Positions 8,233 through 17,928 of a stretch of DNA of 59,745 bases are shown piece after piece. Each line of letters starts with the position of its first letter. The first letter of the stretch is position 1. The notes beneath the pieces are model-generated. The model saw only the letters and a program-made list of their open reading frames with translations. It did no database searches and was not told the origin of the DNA. Made by a program: the position numbers and the translations under genes. Source of the stretch: Acidimicrobiia bacterium (GTDB taxonomy: Bacteria > Actinomycetota > Acidimicrobiia > Spongiisociales > UBA11373); NCBI GenBank assembly GCA_036478235.1, contig JAZGDZ010000095.1, forward strand, positions 1 to 59,745, read 5' to 3'.

Positions 8233-9906
8233 TTATTCCGCCGGGTCGGCGACTCCGGCGGCGGCGCGTTTGGCCGCGGCTCTCCGCTCCGTCTCGAGCC
8301 TTCCGAGGCCGTAGTCCTCGTGGTCGACGAACCGCATCGCGTCTGCGATGTGCCGGTGGCCCGCCTGATCCCGGATGAGACGGTGCATTTGCTGACACAC
8401 CCTCCGGTACCCGTCGTGGCCTCCTTGGACGGTGCGCAACTCGAGGAGGTGAAAGGCCTCGCGTACGTTCATCTGCATGAAGAATCGAATCCGATAGGCC
8501 AAAGGTACGGCGTACTGGGCCACCTCGGTCCCAACCGATTCGGCGAGCGTCCGATGGTGCTCCGCCGCCCGTTCCATCACCTGTTCCCACACCGCGACGG
8601 CTCCGATGTCGGTGAGGGACTCCGGGGTCACGTACCCGTGGCCGGTGCCGAGGCGCTGCCACTCCAGGGTCATCATTCTGTGGCGCTGCAGATCTCGGAA
8701 GATGCCGTAGTCGCAGAGTATGTCGAACCGGTAGTAGGAACGTTCCATGGCCCTTCCGGGCCGGTGGCGGCGGTTCGTTCGATCACCGACATAGGCGGCG
8801 AAGAGGCGATCTCGCTCAGCCGCGTCGAGGGTCGAGACGTAGTCGAGAAGCTGATCGTCGGGAGCGTCGGTGACCGAATATAGGGCAGCGGCAGCGATCT
8901 TCGTCTCGGCAGCGGGGTCGTACTCGACCAGTGCGACCTCGGGCTGCTTCTCCGGTGCCAGGGGGTGCGCCGCCGCCAGGTCCTCCATCGACCTTGCCGT
9001 TTCCGCCAGATAGTCGCTCCAGGCTCCGCCCCGCTTCGGTACGTCGACGCGCGTCAGAAAGGCGGGGATCATCTTGCGCAATTCGGTCAACATCAGGTCG
9101 GCGTAGTGGCGCACCTCGGCAATCCGGCTGGAGCGCATTCGCAGGAGGAGCATCTCGTACGACTGGCCGGTGGCGTAGATACCGACGTTGGAAATGGTCG
9201 CCGCCGGGAGCAGGCCGCGTAGGTCGTCGCAGACCTTGGCGCGGATTGTCGAGCGATAGACGAAGTCGCTGTCGGCCGGGTTCTGCGGGTAGAGGGTGGT
9301 GTAGTAGGCGGTCAGTTGCTCGGTCAGCGAGCTGTAGGTCTCGAACAACGAGTCGATCTCACGGTGGTACCCCGGACCGAGGCCGGTCTCCTCGATCTCG
9401 CGCGGCACGTGGTAGCGATACCCGTCCCCGAGCCTCTTGTCGTAGAACATGTATCGGGTGCTCTGTTCCAGATAGGCGGCGAGCCGACCCCACTCGAGCA
9501 CCTTGGTGAGGATGTTCGAAGCCTGTTCGCATGCCAGGTGAACCCCGCCGAGCTGGGCCACGGAGTCGTCCCCGTATTGCGTAAAGACCCGTTCGTACAG
9601 CTCCTCGGCTCGCTGCAGGCGCACCGCTTGATCGTCGGCCTCGATCCGGTCGGCGACCGCCGCCATCCCGACTTCCGGCGTCGCATAGAACTCGTCGAGG
9701 AACAGCCTGCGCAGTGACTTGGGGGAGCGGCTGTATCGGGCAAACAGGGCGCCCTTGACCACTTCGGGAAGGTTGGTGAGGCCGAAGACCGGACCGGTGG
9801 TGTTGGTGAAGAATCGCGCGAGCACCTTCGTCTCATCCCCGGTAAAGGGCTCGACGTGATAACCCGATGCCATTGCTGTGTTCTCGAGATCGAGGCTTGT
9901 GGTCAT
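8233..9906 (-). CDS. thyX: FAD-dependent thymidylate synthase, tandem two-domain form (start 9906 or 9873)
   Basis: ARYSRS, YGDDSVAQL, YLEQSTRY in the N half; FRDLQRHR and ELRT in the C half; about twice the usual ThyX length. Confidence 0.85.
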   Translation of the reverse strand: MTTSLDLENTAMASGYHVEPFTGDETKVLARFFTNTTGPVFGLTNLPEVVKGALFARYSRSPKSLRRLFLDEFYATPEVGMAAVADRIEADDQAVRLQRAEELYERVFTQYGDDSVAQLGGVHLACEQASNILTKVLEWGRLAAYLEQSTRYMFYDKRLGDGYRYHVPREIEETGLGPGYHREIDSLFETYSSLTEQLTAYYTTLYPQNPADSDFVYRSTIRAKVCDDLRGLLPAATISNVGIYATGQSYEMLLLRMRSSRIAEVRHYADLMLTELRKMIPAFLTRVDVPKRGGAWSDYLAETARSMEDLAAAHPLAPEKQPEVALVEYDPAAETKIAAAALYSVTDAPDDQLLDYVSTLDAAERDRLFAAYVGDRTNRRHRPGRAMERSYYRFDILCDYGIFRDLQRHRMMTLEWQRLGTGHGYVTPESLTDIGAVAVWEQVMERAAEHHRTLAESVGTEVAQYAVPLAYRIRFFMQMNVREAFHLLELRTVQGGHDGYRRVCQQMHRLIRDQAGHRHIADAMRFVDHEDYGLGRLETERRAAAKRAAAGVADPAE

Positions 9907-10002
9907 GTCACACCGGTGTAATTCACTGTTCGGGCAAGGTATCACTGCCTCAGGCACCGGTGCAACCGGTGTTGCCGGTGGGTCGTTAGCCTGGGGCGTG
10001 GC

Positions 10003-10314
10003 ATGACTGCGATCCGAATCGTGATCGGCGTCGTCATTGGTGGCATCGTGGCGGTGGCGCTGGTCCCCATGCTCGCCCTGGTCGATCTGGCCGGAGGCGG
10101 TGACGGCCTGGGCCTTTGCCCGGACGGTCTCGGGTCATGCCGGACCTCCTACTTCGACGGGCCCGAGCTGGTGGGGATCCTCGCCGTCGTCCTGTTCCTG
10201 CTGCTGATGATCCTTCGGGCTGCCTTTCACGTGCGCCGGCTGCTCGGAGCGAGGCAGATGGATGGCGCACTCGATCCCGCCCAAGGCGGTCGGGAGCGTT
10301 TCGGGAGGCATTAG
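10003..10314 (+). CDS. Small membrane protein with two hydrophobic segments and a two-Cys loop
   Basis: Two hydrophobic stretches flanking LCPDGLGSC. Confidence 0.65.
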   Translation: MTAIRIVIGVVIGGIVAVALVPMLALVDLAGGGDGLGLCPDGLGSCRTSYFDGPELVGILAVVLFLLLMILRAAFHVRRLLGARQMDGALDPAQGGRERFGRH

Positions 10315-10351
10315 GAGCCCGCTGAGCGATACATGTCACTCAGCAGAGACT
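10311..10351. mobile_element. Minimal MITE-like family 2 element on a TAG stop codon
   Basis: TAGGAGCCCGCTGAG (10312-10326) followed by inverted CTCAGCAG (10339-10346). Confidence 0.6.
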
Positions 10352-10383
10352 GCGTTGGGGGGATTCCGGGTTAGCCTGCCGGC

Positions 10384-10872
10384 GTGGCCCGAGCCAAGAA
10401 GGATGTTCCGTTCCTCGAGCGCATCCGCCGTGACCGCAAGACCGGCGAGCTCGTGGAGGAGTTGACGCTGCGAGAGCGCTTTCCGACCTATGTGAAGGCA
10501 TTCCTCCTGGGCCTCCTGGTCACCGGGCTGGCCGGTGTGGGAATCTTTGCGGTGACGAGCATGTCCCTTTCGAACGCGCTGGGCTACACCTGGATCTTCT
10601 CGGGGACGTTCCTGCTGCTTGTCGGCGGCGCTCGCGGCGGCGGTTACTCGAACCTGTCGATCGGAGCCGTGGAGGCTCTGGTCGGCGGGCGCAATCGGTT
10701 GGACGACGACATGGAAGGCGACGCCGCCTTGAGGCACGGCCGGGTCATGCAGCGACGCGACCCGATGGCACGCCTGCGCAGGGGCCTGCGACCGCCGCCC
10801 AACCCGAGTGCCTTTTGGCAGGCGGTGGCCGGCCTCCTCTACGTTGCGGCCGGTCTGCCGCTCACGTTTTAG
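10384..10872 (+). CDS. Hypothetical membrane protein (about 3 TM)
   Basis: Hydrophobic segments; TAGCCT 6 nt before the GTG start. Confidence 0.75.
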   Translation: MARAKKDVPFLERIRRDRKTGELVEELTLRERFPTYVKAFLLGLLVTGLAGVGIFAVTSMSLSNALGYTWIFSGTFLLLVGGARGGGYSNLSIGAVEALVGGRNRLDDDMEGDAALRHGRVMQRRDPMARLRRGLRPPPNPSAFWQAVAGLLYVAAGLPLTF

Positions 10873-11242
10873 AGAAGGCTCCGAAGGCCGCCGCGGCGAC
10901 CGCGACGAACGCAGCCGCCGCCAGCACCAGTGACCCCGGGCCCAGCGTCGCACCCTGCGTGTCTCGAGCCGCCACGACGGCATCGGCGACCTTGACCAGG
11001 GCGAATACCAGGGACGTGCCTCCGAGCACCACAGTGGCAAGGCCCGGTCCCGGGTCGAGCCCGTGGCTCCAGTCGCCGCTCATCGCAATGACTGCCATCG
11101 GCACGAATGGGATCAGAGCGGGCCAGGCGTCTGCCGAGATCCCGTCCACGGAGCCGACGATCGGGAACGAGGCGAACGGCAGCAGCATCGAGATCACCGC
11201 GAGCCCGACGCCGGCCAGCAGCACGGGCCGCGACACGTGCAT
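10862..11242 (-). CDS. Hypothetical 4-TM membrane protein
   Basis: Hydrophobic; TGATG coupling to and alignable with the upstream gene. Confidence 0.75.
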   Translation of the reverse strand: MHVSRPVLLAGVGLAVISMLLPFASFPIVGSVDGISADAWPALIPFVPMAVIAMSGDWSHGLDPGPGLATVVLGGTSLVFALVKVADAVVAARDTQGATLGPGSLVLAAAAFVAVAAAAFGAFSKT

Positions 11243-12033
11243 CAGGTGTCGGAACCCTCCGGTCCGTCCGGCTCGTCGCGGTCGAACAGCGAGAGCAGAT
11301 GGTCGTCGAGGGCCGCATCCGCACGTTCGGCGGTGGTGGACGGGTCTTCCGGGGAAATGTGATCGGGCTCGGCCTCGCGAGCCACGGCTCCGGTATCGGG
11401 AAAGACGATCTCCGGTTGCTTGTCGGGCTTGGCCCCCGATGGAGGTGGCTCCGTCGGCGGCGGGGGCGTCGCCCCGTCGTCGGGGCCGGACGTGCTCGCC
11501 GGGACCGTGACGTCTTGGGCCTCATCGGGAGGATCGATTGGCTCAGTCGGCGATGCGGCGGCTGTCTTGGACCCGGTTCGAAACGCCGTGTCGCGCCCGG
11601 GCGTTCCCCCGGCAGGCAGTCCCCGCAGATTCCGGTAGAGACCGATGCCGATCCCGATCACGGCGACCAGGCATCCGAGGACCAGCAGGCGAGCGCCGAG
11701 ACCGACGGAACCGTTCAGTGTGTCGGCGAGGATTGCGGCGTCGAGCATCTTCACCGAGGCGTATGGCAACGCAGCCAGCCCGAGGGCCAGAGAGGTCCAG
11801 CCGAGGGCCGGGTGCAACGGGCGGGTGTGGTCGGGGATGAACGTCACCGCGAAGATCGGAAGCAGGAGAATCAGGGCGGGGAAGGCGTCCGCGTCGAGGG
11901 CCGACCGGTCACCGGCGGGGGACGTGATGAAGGGCATGCTCATGGAGGCCATGGCCAACAACCCCCCGACATCGGTGACGATGCGCGAGGAGTGGAACGC
12001 GAGTGTGGTCTGGACCGGCCGGTCCGGCTGCAC
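11242..12033 (-). CDS. Hypothetical 4-TM membrane protein with Pro/acidic tail
   Basis: GGAG upstream of GTG 12033; TM region similar to 10862-11242. Confidence 0.72.
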   Translation of the reverse strand: MQPDRPVQTTLAFHSSRIVTDVGGLLAMASMSMPFITSPAGDRSALDADAFPALILLLPIFAVTFIPDHTRPLHPALGWTSLALGLAALPYASVKMLDAAILADTLNGSVGLGARLLVLGCLVAVIGIGIGLYRNLRGLPAGGTPGRDTAFRTGSKTAAASPTEPIDPPDEAQDVTVPASTSGPDDGATPPPPTEPPPSGAKPDKQPEIVFPDTGAVAREAEPDHISPEDPSTTAERADAALDDHLLSLFDRDEPDGPEGSDT

Positions 12034-12119
12034 GGGCTCTCCGGGGATCGGGGCGGGGCGGAGGTTAGCCGGGGTCCGACTCGGGTCCTGGGCCGGGAAC
12101 ACACCGGAACCTTCGCGGT

Positions 12120-12815
12120 ATGACCCCCCGGCACGTCTCCGGTAATACCATCGCCCCGGCAGTGCCAGCAGACGCCGCAACTCGCCGCCACGCCAGGACG
12201 ATCCTGGGCCGACTCAAGAAGCGGTACCCCGAGATCGGGACCGCGCTCGGGTACGACAGCGCCTGGCAGCTTCTGGTCGTAACCGTGTTGAGCGCCCAGA
12301 CGACCGACGAAAACGTCAACCGGGCGGCTCCGACGCTCTTCTCGCGCTGGCCTCATGCTGCCGATCTCGCCTCGGCGAATCCCGAGGAGGTCGAGAAGGT
12401 CATCTTCAGCACCGGGTTTTACCGACAGAAGACGAAGTCGATCATCGCCCTCAGCGCCGACCTGGTCGAGGACTTTGGCGGCGAGGTACCGAACGACCTG
12501 GACAGCCTGGTGACGCTGCGCGGGGTCGGCCGCAAGACTGCCAGCGTCGTGCTCACCGAGGCCTGGGGTCTGCCCGCAGTAGCAGTCGACACCCACGTGA
12601 AGCGGGTGGCTCACCGGCTGGGCCTCACCGACGAGACGGATCCGCTCAAGGTCGAGGCAGACCTGAGAGATCTCTATCCGGAGAAAGAGTGGAGCGGGAT
12701 ATCGATGCGTTTCATCCAGTTCGGCAGGGATGTGTGCGACGCTCGAAAACCGCGCTGTTGGGAGTGCGAGATGGCCGATCGCTGTCGGTTCCCGGACAAG
12801 ACTCCTCCGCCGTGA
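12120..12815 (+). CDS. nth: Endonuclease III (start may be GTG 12162)
   Basis: LSAQTTD, HhH motif LRGVGRKTA, VDTHV, 4Fe-4S motif C-x6-C-x2-C-x5-C. Confidence 0.95.
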   Translation: MTPRHVSGNTIAPAVPADAATRRHARTILGRLKKRYPEIGTALGYDSAWQLLVVTVLSAQTTDENVNRAAPTLFSRWPHAADLASANPEEVEKVIFSTGFYRQKTKSIIALSADLVEDFGGEVPNDLDSLVTLRGVGRKTASVVLTEAWGLPAVAVDTHVKRVAHRLGLTDETDPLKVEADLRDLYPEKEWSGISMRFIQFGRDVCDARKPRCWECEMADRCRFPDKTPPP

Positions 12816-14134
12816 GAGAAGCGTTGAGGTTGCGGTCGCGGCACGATCGCGCCGTGGCTGCGCTCGCTTTGCCCGCACTCGGGTCGTTGATCGCCGACCC
12901 CCTCCTCAGCCTGGTCGACACCGCATTTGTGGGCCGCATCGGAGCCGACTCGCTCGCCGGGCTCGGCATCGCCGCCGCCGTCTTTGCGGTGGCATTCTTC
13001 ACATTCAACTTCCTCGAATATGGGACGACGACCGAGGTGGCGCGCGCCGTCGGCCGCCGTGACATCCCTGCGGCCGGGAGGTCCGCGATGACCGCCGGAG
13101 CCCTGGCACTCACGGCCGGCCTCGGCCTGGCGGCCCTCCTGGTGATCCTGGCAGGGCCTGCGGCCGGGATCTTGGGAGCGTCGGCCGGGGCTCGGGGGGA
13201 GGCGGTCACCTACATCATGATTCGGGCCTTGGCCGCGCCGTCGGTTCTGCTCGTGCGGGCGGCTCACGGCACGTATCGAGGGTTTCAGGACACCCGCACG
13301 CCCTTTCTGGTGGCCCTCGGTATCAGTGGCCTCAACCTCGTGCTCGACCCGATCTTGATCTTTGGGGCGGACCTGGGTGTTGCCGGGGCGGCCTGGGCGA
13401 CCGTGATTGCGCAGTGGGTGGGCGCCGTCGTTTTCGTGAGACTGTTGTGGCGACGAGGTGCGAGGTACGGGCTCACCGGAGCGAGACCGGACGCGGCCGA
13501 GGTGCGTGGCTTCTTGCGGATCGGGCGCGACCTTGCGATCAGGAGCGGTGCATTGCTGGCCACGTTCACCTACGCGACTGCCGTGGCGGCCCGGGTCTCG
13601 AACGATGCAGTGGCCGCCCATCAGATCCTCTCCCAATTGTTCATATTCCTCGCCCTCGGTGTCGATGCGCTCGCCATCGCCGCCCAGGCTCTGGTCGGCA
13701 TGCACCTTGGAGCGGGCGACCGAAGATCCGCGCTGGAGGTGTCGGATCGTCTCTTGGTCTTCGGGCTCTTGGTCGGCTTCGGTCTCGCCGCTGTACTGGC
13801 GCTGCTTGCGCCGGTGATCGGAGGCTGGTTCACCGCGGACCCAGAAGTCGTGGGCGTGTTCCGGCAGGCCTATTGGCTGATGGCGGCGATCCAGCCGATC
13901 GCCGCGGTCGTGTTCGTCTGGGACGGAGTGTTCATCGGAGCGGGGGACTTCGGGTTCCTGGCACTGGCAATGGCGGCCTCTGCTCTGGTGGCCGCGGCTT
14001 TCCTCACCTTGGTGCTTCCGATGGGCTGGGGCCTGCCCGGAGTCTGGTGGGGTGTCGTTGTGCTTCTGACGGGTCGGCTGCTCACCCTGGCATGGCGCCG
14101 GGTGGCATCGGGTTCTCCTCTCCGGGCGGCATGA
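12812..14134 (+). CDS. MATE family efflux transporter, DinF-like
   Basis: LALPALGSLIADPLLSLVDTAFVG, RGFQDTRTP, AAHQI; about 12 TM; GTGA overlap with nth. Confidence 0.9.
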   Translation: MREALRLRSRHDRAVAALALPALGSLIADPLLSLVDTAFVGRIGADSLAGLGIAAAVFAVAFFTFNFLEYGTTTEVARAVGRRDIPAAGRSAMTAGALALTAGLGLAALLVILAGPAAGILGASAGARGEAVTYIMIRALAAPSVLLVRAAHGTYRGFQDTRTPFLVALGISGLNLVLDPILIFGADLGVAGAAWATVIAQWVGAVVFVRLLWRRGARYGLTGARPDAAEVRGFLRIGRDLAIRSGALLATFTYATAVAARVSNDAVAAHQILSQLFIFLALGVDALAIAAQALVGMHLGAGDRRSALEVSDRLLVFGLLVGFGLAAVLALLAPVIGGWFTADPEVVGVFRQAYWLMAAIQPIAAVVFVWDGVFIGAGDFGFLALAMAASALVAAAFLTLVLPMGWGLPGVWWGVVVLLTGRLLTLAWRRVASGSPLRAA

Positions 14135-15338
14135 GCCGGAGTCCCTTCGTCTCCGGAAGCAGCCGAATGAGAAGCGAGGCCAGCGCCAGGACGCCGCCAA
14201 GCGTTGCAATCGTCGCCGGGACTCCCCATGCATCGACGGCGAACCGGCCGGCGCCGAAGCCCACCAGGCCGCCGACAATGCTGGCGTTGATGATCCACGC
14301 CGCCGCGGTGCTTCTGATGTGGGTGGGGAACAACTCGGAGCGATGGGACCCGAAGGCAGGCGCGAAGCCGAATGCGCCCAGGGTGGAGACGAATATGGCC
14401 AGCCCCATCAAGAAGCCCTGGCTCAGGAAGTAGAAGGCGACACCACCGGTGACGCCGAGGACGATCGAAACCCCCTCGGTCGGCTTGCGTCCCAGCAGAT
14501 CGGAGAGGCGCCCTCCGGCGAGCAGCCCTATCACGACGCCGGGGGCGCTGGCGAGCGCCAGGAGGAGCGAGGCGGAGGCCGCAGACCAGCCGAGTTGGTT
14601 TTCCAAGCGGATCAGGGCCAGGTTGGCGGCCGGGGCGGCGAAGGCGGAGAGAGCAAAGGAGAGGCCCGCCATCGGCCAGAAACGCCGCCCGTGCGGAGGG
14701 CGCAGGACGGCGGCGAGCGGTGGGCGCTGCGGCTGGCGCACATAGGCGCGCGATTCCTTGATCCTCCTGGCGAGGAACGGAGCCGCCAGCAGGGGAGCCG
14801 CGCTCAGGGCGAAGAGGATCCGCCATGAATCGGCTCCGTCGTCCGCGAGGGGGCGCAGCAGGAGTCCGAGCCCGGTCCCCATCGATCCGAAGAGCGCATA
14901 GAGGCCGATGGCGTAGGAGCGAATCTCCGGAGCAATTTCCTCCGCGAGCACGACCACCGCCAGTGCCCCGATGGCGATCGTGCCTATGCGGGCGGTCGCC
15001 TGGAAGGCGGTGAAGGCCACCGGATCGACGACCAGCGCCGTCACGAGGTTGGCGAAGGGCAGGAGCACGAAGGCGATCAGCAGGGGCCGGCGTCGTCCGC
15101 GGTGATCACCGTACCAAGACAGAGCGAGCGCAAGGAGGGACACCGCCCGTACCGCCGCCAGGACGTCGAACACCTGGGCGTCGCTCCATGCGAAGCTCTC
15201 CTGGGCAAAGGGGAGTGCGTGAGTGATTGCGGCCCCGCTCCAGCCCTGAGTGAGGGCGACCACGACGAAGAGGCCCAGGATGACCCGCTCACGCCGATCG
15301 ATCGGCTGCGGAGGCTTGAGATGCTCGACGATCGCCAA
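14082..15338 (-). CDS. MFS transporter (start uncertain)
   Basis: Motif A variants GDHRGRRR and GRLSDLLGRK, ELFPTHIR, LPETKG. Confidence 0.88.
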   Translation of the reverse strand: MAIVEHLKPPQPIDRRERVILGLFVVVALTQGWSGAAITHALPFAQESFAWSDAQVFDVLAAVRAVSLLALALSWYGDHRGRRRPLLIAFVLLPFANLVTALVVDPVAFTAFQATARIGTIAIGALAVVVLAEEIAPEIRSYAIGLYALFGSMGTGLGLLLRPLADDGADSWRILFALSAAPLLAAPFLARRIKESRAYVRQPQRPPLAAVLRPPHGRRFWPMAGLSFALSAFAAPAANLALIRLENQLGWSAASASLLLALASAPGVVIGLLAGGRLSDLLGRKPTEGVSIVLGVTGGVAFYFLSQGFLMGLAIFVSTLGAFGFAPAFGSHRSELFPTHIRSTAAAWIINASIVGGLVGFGAGRFAVDAWGVPATIATLGGVLALASLLIRLLPETKGLRLMPPGEENPMPPGAMPG

Positions 15339-15340
15339 GG

Positions 15341-15583
15341 TCAGGTGACTTCGGTGCCGGGGGCGACATCGGCGTCGGGCCGAAGCAGGATGACACCTTC
15401 GGGTGTGACCGCGCCGACCGTACGTCCCACGAGCGAGGCCGGCGTGTAGCGATCGGTGATCTTGGCCGAGGACTGAAGCTCTCCTGGTGCCCTGTCCGGT
15501 GACGTTGGCGATGCGTAGGGCTCGGCACGGACGACCGTGCCGGTGCGCATCCGGAGTTGGAGCCAGTCGTCGATCGTGGGCAC
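15341..15583 (-). pseudogene. csaA: CsaA/Trbp111-like OB-fold gene, internally deleted, with an embedded MITE end
   Basis: TIDDWLQLRMRTGTVVRAEP, QSSAKITDRYTPASLVGR and VILLRPD match CsaA; the AYKL-IDFG and VNFPPK-IAGF-SEVL segments are missing; 80 aa. Confidence 0.65.
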
Positions 15584-15649
15584 GAGCCGAGGCTACCGGG
15601 AACACGCCGCGAGCCGATACCGTTACATGGCAGGCCGCGGAAGGTGGAG

Positions 15650-16396
15650 ATGTCGGTCGAGAGTGTCAACGTCCTTGTAGCGTTCACCTTTGGCATGCTG
15701 TCGTTCCTCTCGCCGTGCGTGCTGCCATTGCTCCCCGGATATATGTCGATGATGAGCGGCTACTCGGCATCGGACCTCGCCGAAGGAAAGTCGTCGACCG
15801 GGACGATGCTCCGGGTGACACTTTTGTTCGTGGCGGGCTTCACCGCGGTCTTCGTGGCCCTGGGAGCCACGGCCACCTCGATCGGATCGACGCTGCTGCG
15901 CAATTCGGCGACGATCACGACGGTTGCCGGTTGGTTCGTGGTGGCGATGGGAATCTTCATTGCGGTGTCGGCCGTCTGGAATCCTGGGGTGCTGATGCCG
16001 ATGATGCGAGAGAGGCGGCTCGAGGTGCGACCCTCCCGCCTCGGCGGATGGGCGCCGCCGGTGATGGGCGCCGCCTTCGGTTTCGGATGGACTCCGTGCA
16101 TCGGGCCCACGCTCGCCGCGATCCTGACGGTGGCGGCGACCGAGGAGACGATTGTCGAGGGTATGTTCCTGCTATTCGTCTACTCACTCGGCCTGGGGCT
16201 CCCGTTCGTCCTCGCCGGCGTCGGGATCACCAAGGCCTATTCGGGATTCGGGTGGCTGAAGCGCCACTTCACACCGGTCACGGTCGGGTCGGGCATGCTG
16301 CTTGCGCTCTTCGGCCTGTTGATGGTGACCGGTCGGCTCGTCGATCTCAACCGCTGGTTCCAGGACTGGCTCCCGGAGTTCTTCTGGAACATCTGA
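15650..16396 (+). CDS. ccdA: Cytochrome c biogenesis protein CcdA (DsbD-type TM domain)
   Basis: SFLSPCVLPL and FGWTPCIGP Cys motifs, YSLGLGLPF. Confidence 0.92.
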   Translation: MSVESVNVLVAFTFGMLSFLSPCVLPLLPGYMSMMSGYSASDLAEGKSSTGTMLRVTLLFVAGFTAVFVALGATATSIGSTLLRNSATITTVAGWFVVAMGIFIAVSAVWNPGVLMPMMRERRLEVRPSRLGGWAPPVMGAAFGFGWTPCIGPTLAAILTVAATEETIVEGMFLLFVYSLGLGLPFVLAGVGITKAYSGFGWLKRHFTPVTVGSGMLLALFGLLMVTGRLVDLNRWFQDWLPEFFWNI

Positions 16397-16458
16397 CCGG
16401 CGTCGGAGGCGGCCCCTGATACCTAGCTTGCCGCACCGTTCTCCCTACCCTCGTGAAC

Positions 16459-17928
16459 ATGAAGGTGACTCCGGAGCGTGAGGAGTTCGTCCGCCTCGCT
16501 TCCGCTCACGATCTGATTGGGGTCCGCACCGAGGTTGTGGCGGATCGGGAGACGCCGGTCGGCGTTTTCGAATCACTGGCGGGAGACGATGGCCGGGTCT
16601 TCCTGCTGGAGTCGGTGGAGGGAGGCGACACCTGGGCGAGGTGGTCGTTCGCGGGATGGGACCCCTTGTTCACTGTGGTCGCCGACGAGTCGGGGGTACG
16701 GACGCTGGGCGGCGGCAATGTCCCGGGATCTGCTTCGCCGCTGGAGGCGCTCGAGCACCTCACTACGGCGTACCGGGTTCATGCCGATCCCGGCTTGCCT
16801 CCGCTTCACTCGGGCCTGGTCGGGTTCCTGGCCTACGACGTCGCCCGCGAGATCGAGCACCTGCCGGGCCGGCCCAAGGACGACAGGGGCCTTCCGGCCA
16901 TGGTGTGGCACGTCGTCGGCTCGCTGGCAGCGTTCGACCGCTTCTCGCAGAAGATCACGCTCGTTCGCAACGTCCTGCCCGGCGATGATCCGGCGGCTGA
17001 CTGGGCTGATGCGGTCGAGAGCCTGGAAACCGCGATCGGACGGCTTGGTGAGCGCCCCCTTGCCGGCACGCGTCCGGTCCCCGAGTTCGATCGGATCCCA
17101 GAGGCGACGCCGTCGATGTCGTTGGCCGACTTCACCGCGGCCGTGAAACGGGCGGTGAGCCACATCGAAGCAGGAGACGCCTTCCAGATCGTGCCTTCCA
17201 TCCGCTTCGAGGTCTCGCTGGATGCGGACCCGTTCGCGGTCTACCGAGCGCTCCGGCTGGTGAACCCGTCGCCATACATGTTCTACGTCCGGCACGACGA
17301 CTTGACCATCGTGGGTTCGTCGCCGGAGCTGATGGTCAGGGTGCGGGACGGGTGGGTGTACAGCCGACCGATCGCCGGAACCCGGCCCCGGGGGTCCACC
17401 GCGGAACGGGACGCCGAGCTCGAGGCCGAGTTGCTTGCCGATCCCAAAGAGCGGGCCGAGCATGTGATGCTCGTCGACCTGGCACGCAACGACATCGGCC
17501 GCGTCGCTGAGTTCGGAACGGTGGCCGTGGACGACCTGATGGTCATCGAGCGGTACTCCCATGTGATGCACATCGTCTCCGGGGTCAGCGGGAAGCTGCG
17601 ACCCGGGATCGGCCCTGTCGACGTGCTGCGGGCCACCTTTCCCCACGGAACGGTCTCGGGCGCCCCCAAGGTTCGTGCCATGGAGATCATCGACGATCTG
17701 GAGCCGGTGGCACGTGGCCCCTACGCTGGAGCAGTGGGGTACCTCGACTTCTCGGGCAACATCGACACGGCCATCGCTTTGCGGACGATGGTGGCGGCCG
17801 GGGGACGAGCCTGGGTACAGGCCGGGGCCGGTGTGGTTGCGGATTCGGACCCGGAGCGCGAGTACCGAGAGTGCCTCGAGAAGGCGACGGCGGTGCTCGC
17901 CGCCATAGGAGCGGCGGGGAGTGTCTGA
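16459..17928 (+). CDS. trpE: Anthranilate synthase component I
   Basis: FLLESVEGG, NPSPYMF, PIAGTRPRG, AEHVMLVDLARND, GTVSGAPKVRAM. Confidence 0.92.
   Translation: MKVTPEREEFVRLASAHDLIGVRTEVVADRETPVGVFESLAGDDGRVFLLESVEGGDTWARWSFAGWDPLFTVVADESGVRTLGGGNVPGSASPLEALEHLTTAYRVHADPGLPPLHSGLVGFLAYDVAREIEHLPGRPKDDRGLPAMVWHVVGSLAAFDRFSQKITLVRNVLPGDDPAADWADAVESLETAIGRLGERPLAGTRPVPEFDRIPEATPSMSLADFTAAVKRAVSHIEAGDAFQIVPSIRFEVSLDADPFAVYRALRLVNPSPYMFYVRHDDLTIVGSSPELMVRVRDGWVYSRPIAGTRPRGSTAERDAELEAELLADPKERAEHVMLVDLARNDIGRVAEFGTVAVDDLMVIERYSHVMHIVSGVSGKLRPGIGPVDVLRATFPHGTVSGAPKVRAMEIIDDLEPVARGPYAGAVGYLDFSGNIDTAIALRTMVAAGGRAWVQAGAGVVADSDPEREYRECLEKATAVLAAIGAAGSV

Noticed and set aside
9906-9980. Repeated ACCGGTG palindromes upstream of thyX as an NrdR box
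   Set aside because: No match to the AT-rich NrdR consensus; short GC-rich palindromes are common here
16397-16458. trp attenuator or T-box before trpE
   Set aside because: The gap is only about 60 bp with no Trp-codon leader peptide
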